This document shows, piece by piece, positions 34,093-43,542 of a stretch of DNA of 64,000 nt (position 1 is its first letter; every line of letters starts with the position of its first letter). A program made the position numbers and the translations under genes. The stretch is taken from the NCBI GenBank assembly GCA_965223325.1, contig CBDCWI010000001.1, positions 320,001 through 384,000 of the forward strand. Direction: 5' to 3'. The notes beneath the pieces are model-generated. The model had not been told where the DNA came from. It saw only the letters and a program-made list of their open reading frames with translations, and searched no databases. The stretch is from Candidatus Multivoradales bacterium. GTDB taxonomy: Bacteria; Acidobacteriota; Thermoanaerobaculia; Multivoradales; Multivoraceae.

Positions 34093-34908
34093 CTAAACCG
34101 TTGCGATGTCGCGCCTCCTGAACCACCAGAACGACAGGCCGAAGAACACGATACCCACCAGCGACAAGACAACAAGGTGGGCGGTTTCGGCACGGCCTGC
34201 CTCAAGAATCGGCTGCGGCTGATACCAGTGAAAGACCGAAAGCGGGTCGAGCGGCTCGGCTCGCGACCACAACCCGGCGATCAGGTGGACGAAGAACGAG
34301 ACCACCAGGAAGCCCAGCGAGCGCGCCACCGCGACGCCCTGCTCCCTGGCCGTCGCCGAGAAGAACGTCACCACACCGCCTACCGCGAAGAAGAGAAGCC
34401 ACAGGTTGAGGAGCACCCAGCGATAGGGAGCGACCGGATCAGGGGGATCGAGTTCGGCGATGCCGAGGCCGACATGCATGCACGTCCAGACGACCAGCGT
34501 CATGGTGGTGAGCACAACGAGCACGTAGAGAACCAGCGCGGCGACCAACTGCCAGCGTGCCACCGGGCAGGCGAGCAGCACATCGATCGTGCCGCGGTCG
34601 ATCTCCCCGGCCAGGGTGCGCGCCGCCACCGCCACCAGGAGAACCGAGAACATCGTCATCACCAGCGGGTGCACGAACAAGGTCACCAGCCACTGATCGA
34701 GCGGCGTCAAGCCAGCCAGGAGGCCCCCGAACATGCTCGAGATCAGCTCCGGCGACAGCCTGGTCATGACCTCGACGTTCATCTCGCCGAAAGTCACGAA
34801 CAGGTAGGAACCCAGCCCAACGAAGAGCGCCGCCAGAGCGTGGCAGAACATGAGCGTGGCCCGCTGTTCGAGCAGGATCTTGCGAAACAGGAGAGCCAGA
34901 ACACGCAC
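34093..34908 (-). CDS. ABC-2 type permease
   Basis: LAGEIDRGTIDVLLACPVARW, FRRRDI; six TM. Confidence 0.9.
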   Translation of the reverse strand: MRVLALLFRKILLEQRATLMFCHALAALFVGLGSYLFVTFGEMNVEVMTRLSPELISSMFGGLLAGLTPLDQWLVTLFVHPLVMTMFSVLLVAVAARTLAGEIDRGTIDVLLACPVARWQLVAALVLYVLVVLTTMTLVVWTCMHVGLGIAELDPPDPVAPYRWVLLNLWLLFFAVGGVVTFFSATAREQGVAVARSLGFLVVSFFVHLIAGLWSRAEPLDPLSVFHWYQPQPILEAGRAETAHLVVLSLVGIVFFGLSFWWFRRRDIATV

Positions 34909-35885
34909 TAGCTCTCGCCTTCTGCGGGCTCGCGATAGTGGTCGAAGAACACTTCTTCGAGGGTCAATGGATCCATGCGCACGTCGAGAGGTGGGCAGTC
35001 ACGAAGCGCAGCCAACATCGGGCCCGCTTCACCGCGAATGCCGAGCGACACCTCATTCGAACCCGAACAGGCGCGGTCCGGTGACACGCGAGGCTCGAAG
35101 CCAGCGGCCACCAGGGCACGCACGCCGGCTTCGGGATCGCCGAAACGCAGCACGACCCGGCGCGATTCGAGACGATCCAGCTCGTCGACTGCGCGCACGT
35201 CGAGAATGCGCCCGTGGCGGATCATGGCAACGCGATCGCACACCTTCTCGACTTCGCTCAGTACATGAGACGAGAAGAAGATCGCCCGCCCTCGCCCCCT
35301 GAATTCGCGCAGGAGCTCGTAGAACGCTTCCTGGACTAGCGGGTCGAGTGCCGAAGAAGGCTCGTCGAGAATCAGAAGGTCCGGATCGTGCATCAAGGCC
35401 AGGGTGATGCCGAGCTTCTGCCGGTTGCCCTTTGAGTAGGTCTTGACCCGCCGTTCGAGATCGAGACCGAGATGCTCGGCGATCCGCGCTGCTCCGGCTC
35501 GGCTCTCGCACGCAGGGCGGCCACCGCCGGCGGCTCGCAGTCGCGCCATCTCGACCACGATCTCGCGGCCAGCCCTCGCTTCCCAGAGGCGCACATCGCC
35601 AGGAAGAAAACCAACCCGACGACGGACGGCAACCGACTCGTGCCAGGCATCCAACCCCAGAACTCGCGCTCGGCCCGCCTCCGGGCGGAGGAGCCCGAGC
35701 AGCAGGCGAATGGTGGTCGTCTTACCGGCTCCGTTCGGGCCGAGGAAACCAAAGACCTCGCCTCGAGCGACCTCGAGATCGACACCATCGACCGCCCGCA
35801 CGACCTGGCTCTCGCCGGCGGGCGCACGACGACGGCGAAAGGTGCGGGTCAGCCCCTCGAGGGCCAGCGCAGGATCATCGGCCAT
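34908..35885 (-). CDS. ABC transporter ATP-binding protein
   Basis: GPNGAGKTT, YSKGNRQK, ILDEPSSALD. Confidence 0.95.
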   Translation of the reverse strand: MADDPALALEGLTRTFRRRRAPAGESQVVRAVDGVDLEVARGEVFGFLGPNGAGKTTTIRLLLGLLRPEAGRARVLGLDAWHESVAVRRRVGFLPGDVRLWEARAGREIVVEMARLRAAGGGRPACESRAGAARIAEHLGLDLERRVKTYSKGNRQKLGITLALMHDPDLLILDEPSSALDPLVQEAFYELLREFRGRGRAIFFSSHVLSEVEKVCDRVAMIRHGRILDVRAVDELDRLESRRVVLRFGDPEAGVRALVAAGFEPRVSPDRACSGSNEVSLGIRGEAGPMLAALRDCPPLDVRMDPLTLEEVFFDHYREPAEGES

Positions 35886-35935
35886 GACCTCTGCAGGCTA
35901 GCTCGAAACGCAGTCCCAGCGCTCGGTGTGAACGC

Positions 35936-36445
35936 CTAGCGGGCCGCCGCGTTGCGCAGCTCTTTGACGAAGTCTTCCGCCTCGAGCAGGCGTGCACCAC
36001 CGTCCGCAGTGCGCTCCATGCGGGTTACGCGCGAAATCGTCTTGGTACGTGAACTGTGCATGAACAGCGAGGGGTAACCCTGCACGCCATACATGTCTTT
36101 GAGCTGTACTTCGGCACGGCCGTTCTCGGCGTTGATACGCACCGCGATGATGTCGTCCATGTAGTCGTCGACCAGTTCCTCGGTCATCATCACGCGATCG
36201 AACTGCTGGCAGTAGCCGCACCAGGTGGCGTAGAAGTAGACGAACATCGGCTTGCCGGTTTTCTTCTGCTCCTCCATCGCTTGACCCATGCCCTCGGCAT
36301 TCTCGTACCAACCCGTCCAGTCGGGCTTGCCGTCACCGGCGGCCGTCGCCTGACTGGCAGACACGAGGACCGCACCGAGCATGAGAAGAGCGCCAAGCAG
36401 TGAAAGGCTGCGGTGGCGGGCGTTGGGTTCTGGATTCTGAGGCAT
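35936..36445 (-). CDS. Exported thioredoxin-family protein
   Basis: Signal peptide; YFYATWCGYC, YGVQGYP. Confidence 0.88.
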   Translation of the reverse strand: MPQNPEPNARHRSLSLLGALLMLGAVLVSASQATAAGDGKPDWTGWYENAEGMGQAMEEQKKTGKPMFVYFYATWCGYCQQFDRVMMTEELVDDYMDDIIAVRINAENGRAEVQLKDMYGVQGYPSLFMHSSRTKTISRVTRMERTADGGARLLEAEDFVKELRNAAAR

Positions 36446-36634
36446 GAGAGCGGTGTTCCTTGTGAGGCAGAGACCTTCGGGCAACGGCAGCGTGTGGTTG
36501 CTGGTTCTAGGCCGGTTCGGAGTCGGAGACGGAGGTGAAGAAACTGGGGCTGGTGTTGACCCGCCTCAGGACAAACGTCGGCCGGCGGCCATCTGTTCCC
36601 AGATCAGGCCAACAATCCATGAATTCTAGCAAAA

Positions 36635-38350
36635 CTAGCGAACTTGTCCGTTGTTCTTCGGACGCCCGGCCTTCGATCGCGAGTGGATCTGAGCGCCCGT
36701 CGGCCCGGGAAGCAGGCGGCGCCCATCGGCCAGGCGCCCCTCGGCGGCTTCGATCATCTCTTGCAGACCGAGCCGCCTGGTGGCCGAAACGGCCACCCCA
36801 TCGAGTTGGTGGGCAAGCGCCTGGGCTTCGTTCCAGCCGATGAGATCGGCCTTGTTCAGAACCAGGAGCCGCGGCACATCGCCGAGTCCGAGCCGCTCGA
36901 GCAGTTCGCGCACAGTGTCACGGCGAGCATCCAACCGGTCATCCGAGGCATCGACGACATGCAGCAGGAGATCGGCGTCGGCGAGTTCCTCGAGTGTCGC
37001 CTGGAAGGCCTGCAGAAGATCTTCGGGCAGCTCGGCGATGAACCCGACCGTGTCGGTGATGACCACTTCGCCCTCCCGCGGAAAGCGCAGTCGGCGACTG
37101 GTCGGGTCGAGAGTCATGAAGAGCTTGTCCGCTGCTTCGATGTCGCTGTTGGTCATCGCGTTCAAGAGGGTGCTTTTGCCGGCGTTGGTGTATCCAACGA
37201 TCGACAACACCGGGATCGAGCTCTCCCGGCGACGTCGGCGCCGCAGGTCACGCTGCTTGGAGAGCTTGCCGATCTCCTTCTCGAGCCTTCGGATGCGATC
37301 GTTGATGCGGCGGCGCCCGATCTCGAGCACCGTCTCACCAGGCCCACGACCACCAATGCCGCCCGCCAGTCGTGAAAGGCCGGCGTCTTTCTCGGTCAGC
37401 CGGGGCAGCGAGTAGCGCAGCTGCGCCAGCTCGACCTGCAACTTGCCATCACGGCTGCGAGCGCGCTGTGCGAAGACATCGAGAATCAACTGGGTGCGGT
37501 CGATCGTCTTGAGACCCGTCGCGTCTTCGAAGGCGCGCGCCTGAGCGGGCCTCAAATCGACATCAAAAATCGCCACGGTTGCAGAACGCCGCATGCCTTC
37601 GAGCACGATCTCGGTCAACTTGCCCTTCCCCACCACCGTCTTGGGGTGGAGACGCGAGCGCTTCTGACGCATGGTGCCAGCCACCTCGACATCCGCCGAG
37701 CGCACGAGTTCGAGGGTCTCCGCGAAGTGTTCGTCGTCAGGCTGCACGCCCAACACCAGGGCGCGTTCGCGCTCAACGCCATCTGCCCTTCCGCGAGCCA
37801 GCCTCGCGAGCTCAGCCTCGAGAGCCTGAATGGTGGCGTCGAAATCGAAGTCGAGACGGAAGAGGTCTGGCGCTTCGATGCGATCGAACGGTGGCGCATC
37901 GGCATCGACCTGCCCGTCGCCCAGGTCGACATGCGGCGCGAGATGTGCCAGCTCAACCCGACCAGGCTCGCCCTCCTCAGCCACCTCGATCATTGCCACC
38001 AGGTCAAGGCGCAGAAGCGCCAGGTCGTTTAAATCGTCAGCTGTCAGCGGCTCACCGCGCAGGTGGGTGTGCACCAGCCGCAGGCCACGAAAACGCCCAG
38101 TACCCCCGCGCAGGCGGCCAATGTCAGGAATCTCGAGAGTCGACGCGTCGCCAACGATCACGTCGCGAATGCTGCCCTCGCGAGCAATCAGAACGCCAAC
38201 CTGGCGCCCGATTTCATGCGAGATCGAAACCAGGTGGCGGGCCAACTCAGGCGAGACCAATTCGCCCGGTGCGACTTTGCGTCGGTAGGTGCGTTCGAGC
38301 GCCCGGCGCTCTGAAGCCTTGAGGCCCTGGGTGTTTCCGTGGATGTTCAT
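36635..38350 (-). CDS. hflX: GTPase HflX (long N-terminal form)
   Basis: [37 protein letters not shown]. Confidence 0.95.
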   Translation of the reverse strand: MNIHGNTQGLKASERRALERTYRRKVAPGELVSPELARHLVSISHEIGRQVGVLIAREGSIRDVIVGDASTLEIPDIGRLRGGTGRFRGLRLVHTHLRGEPLTADDLNDLALLRLDLVAMIEVAEEGEPGRVELAHLAPHVDLGDGQVDADAPPFDRIEAPDLFRLDFDFDATIQALEAELARLARGRADGVERERALVLGVQPDDEHFAETLELVRSADVEVAGTMRQKRSRLHPKTVVGKGKLTEIVLEGMRRSATVAIFDVDLRPAQARAFEDATGLKTIDRTQLILDVFAQRARSRDGKLQVELAQLRYSLPRLTEKDAGLSRLAGGIGGRGPGETVLEIGRRRINDRIRRLEKEIGKLSKQRDLRRRRRRESSIPVLSIVGYTNAGKSTLLNAMTNSDIEAADKLFMTLDPTSRRLRFPREGEVVITDTVGFIAELPEDLLQAFQATLEELADADLLLHVVDASDDRLDARRDTVRELLERLGLGDVPRLLVLNKADLIGWNEAQALAHQLDGVAVSATRRLGLQEMIEAAEGRLADGRRLLPGPTGAQIHSRSKAGRPKNNGQVR

Positions 38351-38455
38351 TCGCGACCGGCGATGGTACCAGTGCAGGCCATCCCTGTGTCGCCCGCACA
38401 GTATTATCCTCCTCACCTCTTCTGCCAAAGAAGGCTCGTTCGAGAAAACACGCCG

Positions 38456-39658
38456 ATGACCACTCCTCACCCTGAGCCCTGCCGCGGCCTACTCACCAAA
38501 GGTCTCGAAGAGGAGGTCTACACCGGCACCGCCGACGGCGAGGTGGTCGGCCTGTCGCACGAGATCTCGAAAGCTCTGGTCGGTTTCACCACCGAGCCCG
38601 ACTCCCGCAACGTCGAGTTCACCACCGCGCCGTACCGCGACTACGACCTGCTGCTCGACCGGCTGATGACCAAGCGCTGCCAACTGCGCCGCTGGCTAGA
38701 AGCCCGTGACTACACCCTGGTTCCCGGCAGCACCCTGTCGCTCGCCAAGCCTGGCGACTTCCAGATCTCGGACGAGAACAAGCTCTACTACCGACAGATT
38801 CGCGACACCTACGGCACCGACGTCGTCACCGCCAGCACCCACATCAACGTCGGCCTACCGGACACGGTCGAAGAAGCACACTACGAAACGATGATGCGCG
38901 CCTGGCGCCTGGCCCGAGTGGACGCACCCATATTCCTCGCCCTCACCGCCGCCTCGCCATTCCTGGGCGGCGAGGCCACCGGCTTCCACTCCACCCGCTG
39001 GCACGTTTTTCCACCAACGCCAGAGCACGTCCCCTTCTTCGCCGAGCACCAGCCTTACGTCACCTGGTTCGACGCTCAGCTCGAAGCCGGTACCATGTTC
39101 AACTCGCGCCACCTCTGGGTCGCCGCACGCCCCAACGGCCCGCAGCCCCCACGCGATCTCAACCGCCTGGAACTGCGCATCTGCGAACGCATCTCCGAAC
39201 CACTCCGTATCCAGGCCCTCGTCGCCCTCTTGGAAGCCCGCGTCTGGCAACTAGCCGCCGACCCCGAACTAGACCCCCTCTCCCCCGCCTACTCGAACGG
39301 CAAAACCACCGAAGAGCGCTCGAACGAACTCGTCGAACTCTGCCGACACAACGAAGCCGCCACCGCACGCGACAGCCTGGAAGCAACAGTGTTGGACTGG
39401 CGCACCGGCAAAGACATCAAGATGCGCGACTGGATCGACCGTCACCGCGACGAAGTCTCCCCACACGCCACCGCCCATTGCTTCGCAGACCGACTAGAGC
39501 CTCTCGACGAAATCCTCGAACACGGCAACCACGCCCAACGCTGGCTCGAGTGGCACGCCAACGGAATGTCGGTAAGCAGCATCATGCGCAAAGCCGCCGA
39601 AGAGCAACTAGCCGCCGACTGGAAGTACGACCCCGCCTGCTCCCAGATCGCCCCGTAG
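38456..39658 (+). CDS. gshA: Glutamate--cysteine ligase, cyanobacterial type
   Basis: LLTKGLEEEVYTG..GEVVGLS, EPDSRNVEFTT, VVTASTHIN, SPFLGG, RHLWVAARPNGP, LNRLELRIC; near gshB and gor. Confidence 0.88.
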   Translation: MTTPHPEPCRGLLTKGLEEEVYTGTADGEVVGLSHEISKALVGFTTEPDSRNVEFTTAPYRDYDLLLDRLMTKRCQLRRWLEARDYTLVPGSTLSLAKPGDFQISDENKLYYRQIRDTYGTDVVTASTHINVGLPDTVEEAHYETMMRAWRLARVDAPIFLALTAASPFLGGEATGFHSTRWHVFPPTPEHVPFFAEHQPYVTWFDAQLEAGTMFNSRHLWVAARPNGPQPPRDLNRLELRICERISEPLRIQALVALLEARVWQLAADPELDPLSPAYSNGKTTEERSNELVELCRHNEAATARDSLEATVLDWRTGKDIKMRDWIDRHRDEVSPHATAHCFADRLEPLDEILEHGNHAQRWLEWHANGMSVSSIMRKAAEEQLAADWKYDPACSQIAP

Positions 39659-39727
39659 GCACGACCTCACCCGGCGACGCAACGTGCGAAGCACGAGCGT
39701 GAGCCAGCAACCTGAAGAACACCACCA

Positions 39728-39876
39728 GCGATCGGGGCCAACACGCCGCGGCTCAACGGTTCACGTCATCCGAGAAGCGCGATGTGCGAAGCACGAGCGC
39801 GGCCCCGCCCCCAACAAACGACCGTCAACCCGGAAGGTCCCAAGGGTCGGAACGGGGGGTGTGCGCCAGGGAGCGG
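39728..39876. repeat. Palindromic repeat unit, copy 1 (second hairpin closes at ~39903)
   Basis: ~149 bp nearly identical to 39930-40077; period ~201 bp. Confidence 0.95.
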
Positions 39877-39929
39877 CGCAAAAGGCGCACAGCCCCCGAT
39901 CCCACGTCCCCAACCAAAGAGCGCCGCTT

Positions 39930-40190
39930 GCGATCGGGGCAACACGCCGCGGCTCAACCATTCACGTCATCCGAGAAGCGCGATGTGCGAAGCACGAGCG
40001 CGGCCCCGCCCCCAACAAACGACCGTCAACCCGGAAGGTCCCAAGGGTCGGAACGGGGGGTGTGCGCCAGGGAGCGGTCAGCCGCCAACCAACAGCGCCA
40101 AGCAAACGCGGTGGTCAATGACCAAACCCGAGCACCAAACAGCCACATCCATGAAGCGGCGCGGAAGGCGCACAGCCCCCGTTTCGACCC
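39930..40190. repeat. Palindromic repeat unit, copy 2, with 82 extra bp in the hairpin loop
   Basis: Arm gggtcggaacggggggtgtgcgcc (40045-40068) pairs with ggcgcacagcccccgtttcgaccc (40167-40190). Confidence 0.9.
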
Positions 40191-40257
40191 GACGCCGTCC
40201 CCATCCCTACCGACCAATCAACCAATCAACCAACCAAGAAAACGCAGCCCAAGAAAG

Positions 40258-41031
40258 TCAACGCCCAGAAAACCGAGGCTCCCGCTTCTCCTGAAAAGCC
40301 GCAATAGCCTCAGCAGTATCAGAAGTAGAAAAGTTGACGGTCTGCGCCATCCCTTCGGATTCGAGCGCCTGATGAAGACTAGAAGTCAACCCATCGTTGA
40401 GCAGCCGCTTCGTCATCTTGAGAGCCAGCGGCGGCCCTGCTGCAAGCCGCTGGGCCCACTCATCAACGAAACCATCGAGCGCATCGGTAGGAACCACCCG
40501 GTTGACGATACCCAACCGCTCCGCCTCGACCGCGTCGATAATCTCACCGAACAGAGCCAGCTCCTTCGCCTTGTGAATACCCACGAGGCGCGGCAACAAC
40601 CACGACCCACCAAAGTCGATCGACAGCCCTCGACGCGCGAAAATCTCCGAAAAACGCGCACGCTCCGAAGCAACGATCAAATCGCAGCCAAGCGCCATGT
40701 TGAGGCCGGCGCCTACCGCCACACCATCGACCTTGGCGATCGTGGGAATCGCCACCTGGTGGAGCGCCATCGCGACCTGCGTAATATCGTGCATGCGATC
40801 GAGCTGGTGCTTGGAGACCTTGCGACCTTCGGGGCTGAGATCGGCGCCGGCGCAGAACTCACCACCCGCGCCGGTGATCACGGCAACGCGATCGCTCGGG
40901 TCGTTGCCGAGAGTGCTCCACACGTCCAGAAGCTCGTTCCACATCACACCATTGACGGCGTTCTTGCGCTCTGGACGGTTCATCGTGATGGTGACGACAC
41001 CATCGTTCCGGTCGACGATCAGGGTTTCCAC
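40258..41031 (-). CDS. Enoyl-CoA hydratase/isomerase
   Basis: MNRPERKNA, FCAGADL, IAKVDGVAVGAGLNMALGCDL, AFQEKREPRF; GTG start with GAGG RBS. Confidence 0.95.
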   Translation of the reverse strand: METLIVDRNDGVVTITMNRPERKNAVNGVMWNELLDVWSTLGNDPSDRVAVITGAGGEFCAGADLSPEGRKVSKHQLDRMHDITQVAMALHQVAIPTIAKVDGVAVGAGLNMALGCDLIVASERARFSEIFARRGLSIDFGGSWLLPRLVGIHKAKELALFGEIIDAVEAERLGIVNRVVPTDALDGFVDEWAQRLAAGPPLALKMTKRLLNDGLTSSLHQALESEGMAQTVNFSTSDTAEAIAAFQEKREPRFSGR

Positions 41032-41091
41032 TAGCCTCGCTCCTCTGGTGGGTGAGTTGGGCCGCCAAGCTAACAGATGGATCCCGAGCGC

Positions 41092-41637
41092 CTACGGGGC
41101 CTGCTCGACCGACCGGGCACGCTCCACAGCACGAACCAGCTCGCGGAGCTCGGGCTCCGGTTCGCCGATGGCCCGGAGCGCATGGTAGAGCTCGACGACG
41201 TAGGCGACGTTGTTGCCGCTCGGACCATGGGCGCTTTGGATCTGTGTCGCCATCTCTTCATAAGAAGTCGGGCCGAGCCAGTTCCTATTCTCCGGCGTGG
41301 CAACCCAGGTGATCGCCTCGACCTCCTGCGGGGCGCCCGCGCCCAGGAGATGCAACCTCACGTCCAGACGGCGGTAGCCTCCCTTCTCACGATGATCGAG
41401 CGCCGCCAGGGTCCGCGCGGCGTTCAGACCGAGCCGGTACGCCACACCGAGGTTCGACGCCCCCGGATCTTCGATCAACGTCACAACCCTCCCCGGAGCA
41501 CCCGGTACCCCGCGATGGTCGGTCGATCCCTGCCAGAAGCGTCGCGCCCAGCCGTCCAGCCTTGCCGGGTGTCGTTCTTCGAAGTCGAAGTCCGGTCGCC
41601 AGACCAGGGAACCGTAGCCGTAGACCCACACGTTCAT
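41092..41637 (-). CDS. chaC: Glutathione-specific gamma-glutamylcyclotransferase (ChaC)
   Basis: WVYGYGSLVW, FWQGSTDHRG..PGRVVTL, LDHREKGGY, GPSGNN. Confidence 0.92.
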   Translation of the reverse strand: MNVWVYGYGSLVWRPDFDFEERHPARLDGWARRFWQGSTDHRGVPGAPGRVVTLIEDPGASNLGVAYRLGLNAARTLAALDHREKGGYRRLDVRLHLLGAGAPQEVEAITWVATPENRNWLGPTSYEEMATQIQSAHGPSGNNVAYVVELYHALRAIGEPEPELRELVRAVERARSVEQAP

Positions 41638-41702
41638 TTCCAAATCCTAGGAGTGAACCGAAGAAACATCCAGGCGTCCACGCCCGCTATCATCCCCTCG
41701 CC

Positions 41703-42662
41703 ATGCGACATCTCTTCATCATCGACCCGCTCGAGCGCTTGCTGCCAGACGCCGACACCACGATCGTCTTCATGCGGGAAGCGCAGAAGCGCGGCTACGA
41801 AGTCGCCACCTGTGAGGTCACCGACATAGGCCTCGACCGTGGAGTTCCCTACGCCGCCTGCCAGCGCGTTTCCCTGAGAGCCCCCGGCAACGAGCCCTGG
41901 TTTGAAAGAGACGGTGAAAGAACGCGAGCCGTACTTTCTGAATTCGACGCGGTCTGGATGCGCAAAGATCCGCCGTTCGACATGGACTTTTTCTACGTCA
42001 CGCACCTCCTGTCGATGATCGACGGCAAGACTGTCGTCGTCAACGATCCAGCAGCACTGCGTGACGCCAACGAGAAGTTGTTCGCGCTGCGCTTCGCTGA
42101 GTATTGCCCCGACACATTGGTCTCGCGTGACATGGCGGAGATCACTGCCTTTCGCGACAGCCTGGGCGGCGAGTGTGTCGTCAAGCCACTCGACGGCGCC
42201 GGCGGCGAGGGCGTTTTCCACCTCGCCCCTGGTGACCGTAACGTTGGGGCGATTCTCGAAAGCTCGACCGCCCATGGCACGCGCTACCTGATGGCGCAGC
42301 GCTACGTCCCCGAGATCCGCACTGGTGACAAACGCATCATCCTGGTCGAAGGCGAGCCTCTGGGCGCCGTTCTGCGAGTGCCCACCGACGAGGACGCACG
42401 CGCCAACTTTCACGCTGGCGGCGCCGCAGCCAAGACCGAGATCACGGCGCGCGAGCGGGAGATTTCCGCCGCCATGGCACCAATGCTGCGCTCGATGGGA
42501 ATCGTGTTCGCTGGCATCGATGTGATCGGCGACTGGTTGACCGAAGTCAACGTCACCAGCCCGACTGGCATCCGTGAGATTGCCCGTCTCGATGGCGTGC
42601 ACCTCGAAGAGGCCGTCATGGATGCTGTCGAGACCCGGGTCCGCGAGAGGCAACGATCGTAG
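41703..42662 (+). CDS. gshB: Glutathione synthetase
   Basis: WMRKDPPFDM, NEKL, KPLDGAGGEGVF, GDKRI, GIDVIG..LTEVNVTSPTG. Confidence 0.96.
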   Translation: MRHLFIIDPLERLLPDADTTIVFMREAQKRGYEVATCEVTDIGLDRGVPYAACQRVSLRAPGNEPWFERDGERTRAVLSEFDAVWMRKDPPFDMDFFYVTHLLSMIDGKTVVVNDPAALRDANEKLFALRFAEYCPDTLVSRDMAEITAFRDSLGGECVVKPLDGAGGEGVFHLAPGDRNVGAILESSTAHGTRYLMAQRYVPEIRTGDKRIILVEGEPLGAVLRVPTDEDARANFHAGGAAAKTEITAREREISAAMAPMLRSMGIVFAGIDVIGDWLTEVNVTSPTGIREIARLDGVHLEEAVMDAVETRVRERQRS

Positions 42663-42708
42663 GCCGGCGGCTCATCCTGGCTCCCCCTGGCCTGCAGCAG
42701 GCAGCGCG

Positions 42709-43446
42709 ATGAATCGTCGTCGCCTCCAGTGGCTCGGTGTCGCGCTCGCGATCGTGGTGGCTATGGTCGCCTTCACTCGCTTTGGCGGGCCCGAGGCGGT
42801 AAGGGTGCTGCTCGATCGGGTGGCGACCATGGGGCCGGCTGGGCCGGTGCTGTTTGCGCTCTTGCATGCTCTTTCGGTTGTCGTTCTCTTGCCGGGAGCG
42901 GTATTTCCGCTGGCGGCGGGCTTTCTGTTCGGAGTCGGGACCGGATCGGTCGTGGCACTGGCGGGCAAGCTGATCGGCGGTAGCGTTTCGTTCTGGTTGG
43001 CGCGCACGCTCATGCGCCACCGGGCCGAAGAGATGCTGGCCAATCCGGAAACGCGCTTGGCAAGAAGTCTTCGCCGGGTCGACCACCATCTCGCCGACGG
43101 GGGTTGGTTTGCGGTCTTTCTGATTCGCCTGGTGCCGGTGATTCCATACAAGGCGTCCAACTACATCTTCGGCGCCTCGCGGTTCAGCTATCGTCACTTC
43201 CTGCTCGGTACCGCTCTCGGCGCCGCACCGTGGGCGGTGTTCGATGCCTGGGTGGGTTCGCTAGGGCGAAGCGTCGCCGACCTCGACCCGGCGCTCTTGC
43301 CGTCGACACCGGGCCAGTGGATCGCCTGGGGCATCGCAGCGATCGTGATGGCCGCCGCTGCCGTCTTGCTGTTCAGGCGGCTGCGCCAGGTTCTATCCAC
43401 GCCGGTCGGCGACGCCTGGGCCGCCAGGAGAGGCGAGGACGGGTAG
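42709..43446 (+). CDS. TVP38/TMEM64 (DedA/SNARE-associated) membrane protein
   Basis: LPG..LAAGFLFG, LIRLVPVIPY..SNYIFG. Confidence 0.9.
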   Translation: MNRRRLQWLGVALAIVVAMVAFTRFGGPEAVRVLLDRVATMGPAGPVLFALLHALSVVVLLPGAVFPLAAGFLFGVGTGSVVALAGKLIGGSVSFWLARTLMRHRAEEMLANPETRLARSLRRVDHHLADGGWFAVFLIRLVPVIPYKASNYIFGASRFSYRHFLLGTALGAAPWAVFDAWVGSLGRSVADLDPALLPSTPGQWIAWGIAAIVMAAAAVLLFRRLRQVLSTPVGDAWAARRGEDG

Positions 43447-43542
43447 GAGAATCGGCGAGACCGGATCCCGGGGGTGCGCTGGAGGTGGCGTAGGATCACT
43501 CTCCCTCCCTCCCTTCTCTCGACCTTCGTTCAGGAGACCTCG

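Noticed and set aside
33394-34911. 505-aa plus-strand ORF
   Set aside because: Antisense to the PIG-L and ABC permease genes; no recognisable motifs.
39684-40190. CRISPR array, or the protein-coding ORFs over this repeat (e.g. 39784-41034)
   Set aside because: Only two long units plus a fragment, no regular 25-45 bp repeat/spacer pattern and no cas genes; the ORFs are low-complexity translations of the repeat or antisense to the hydratase.
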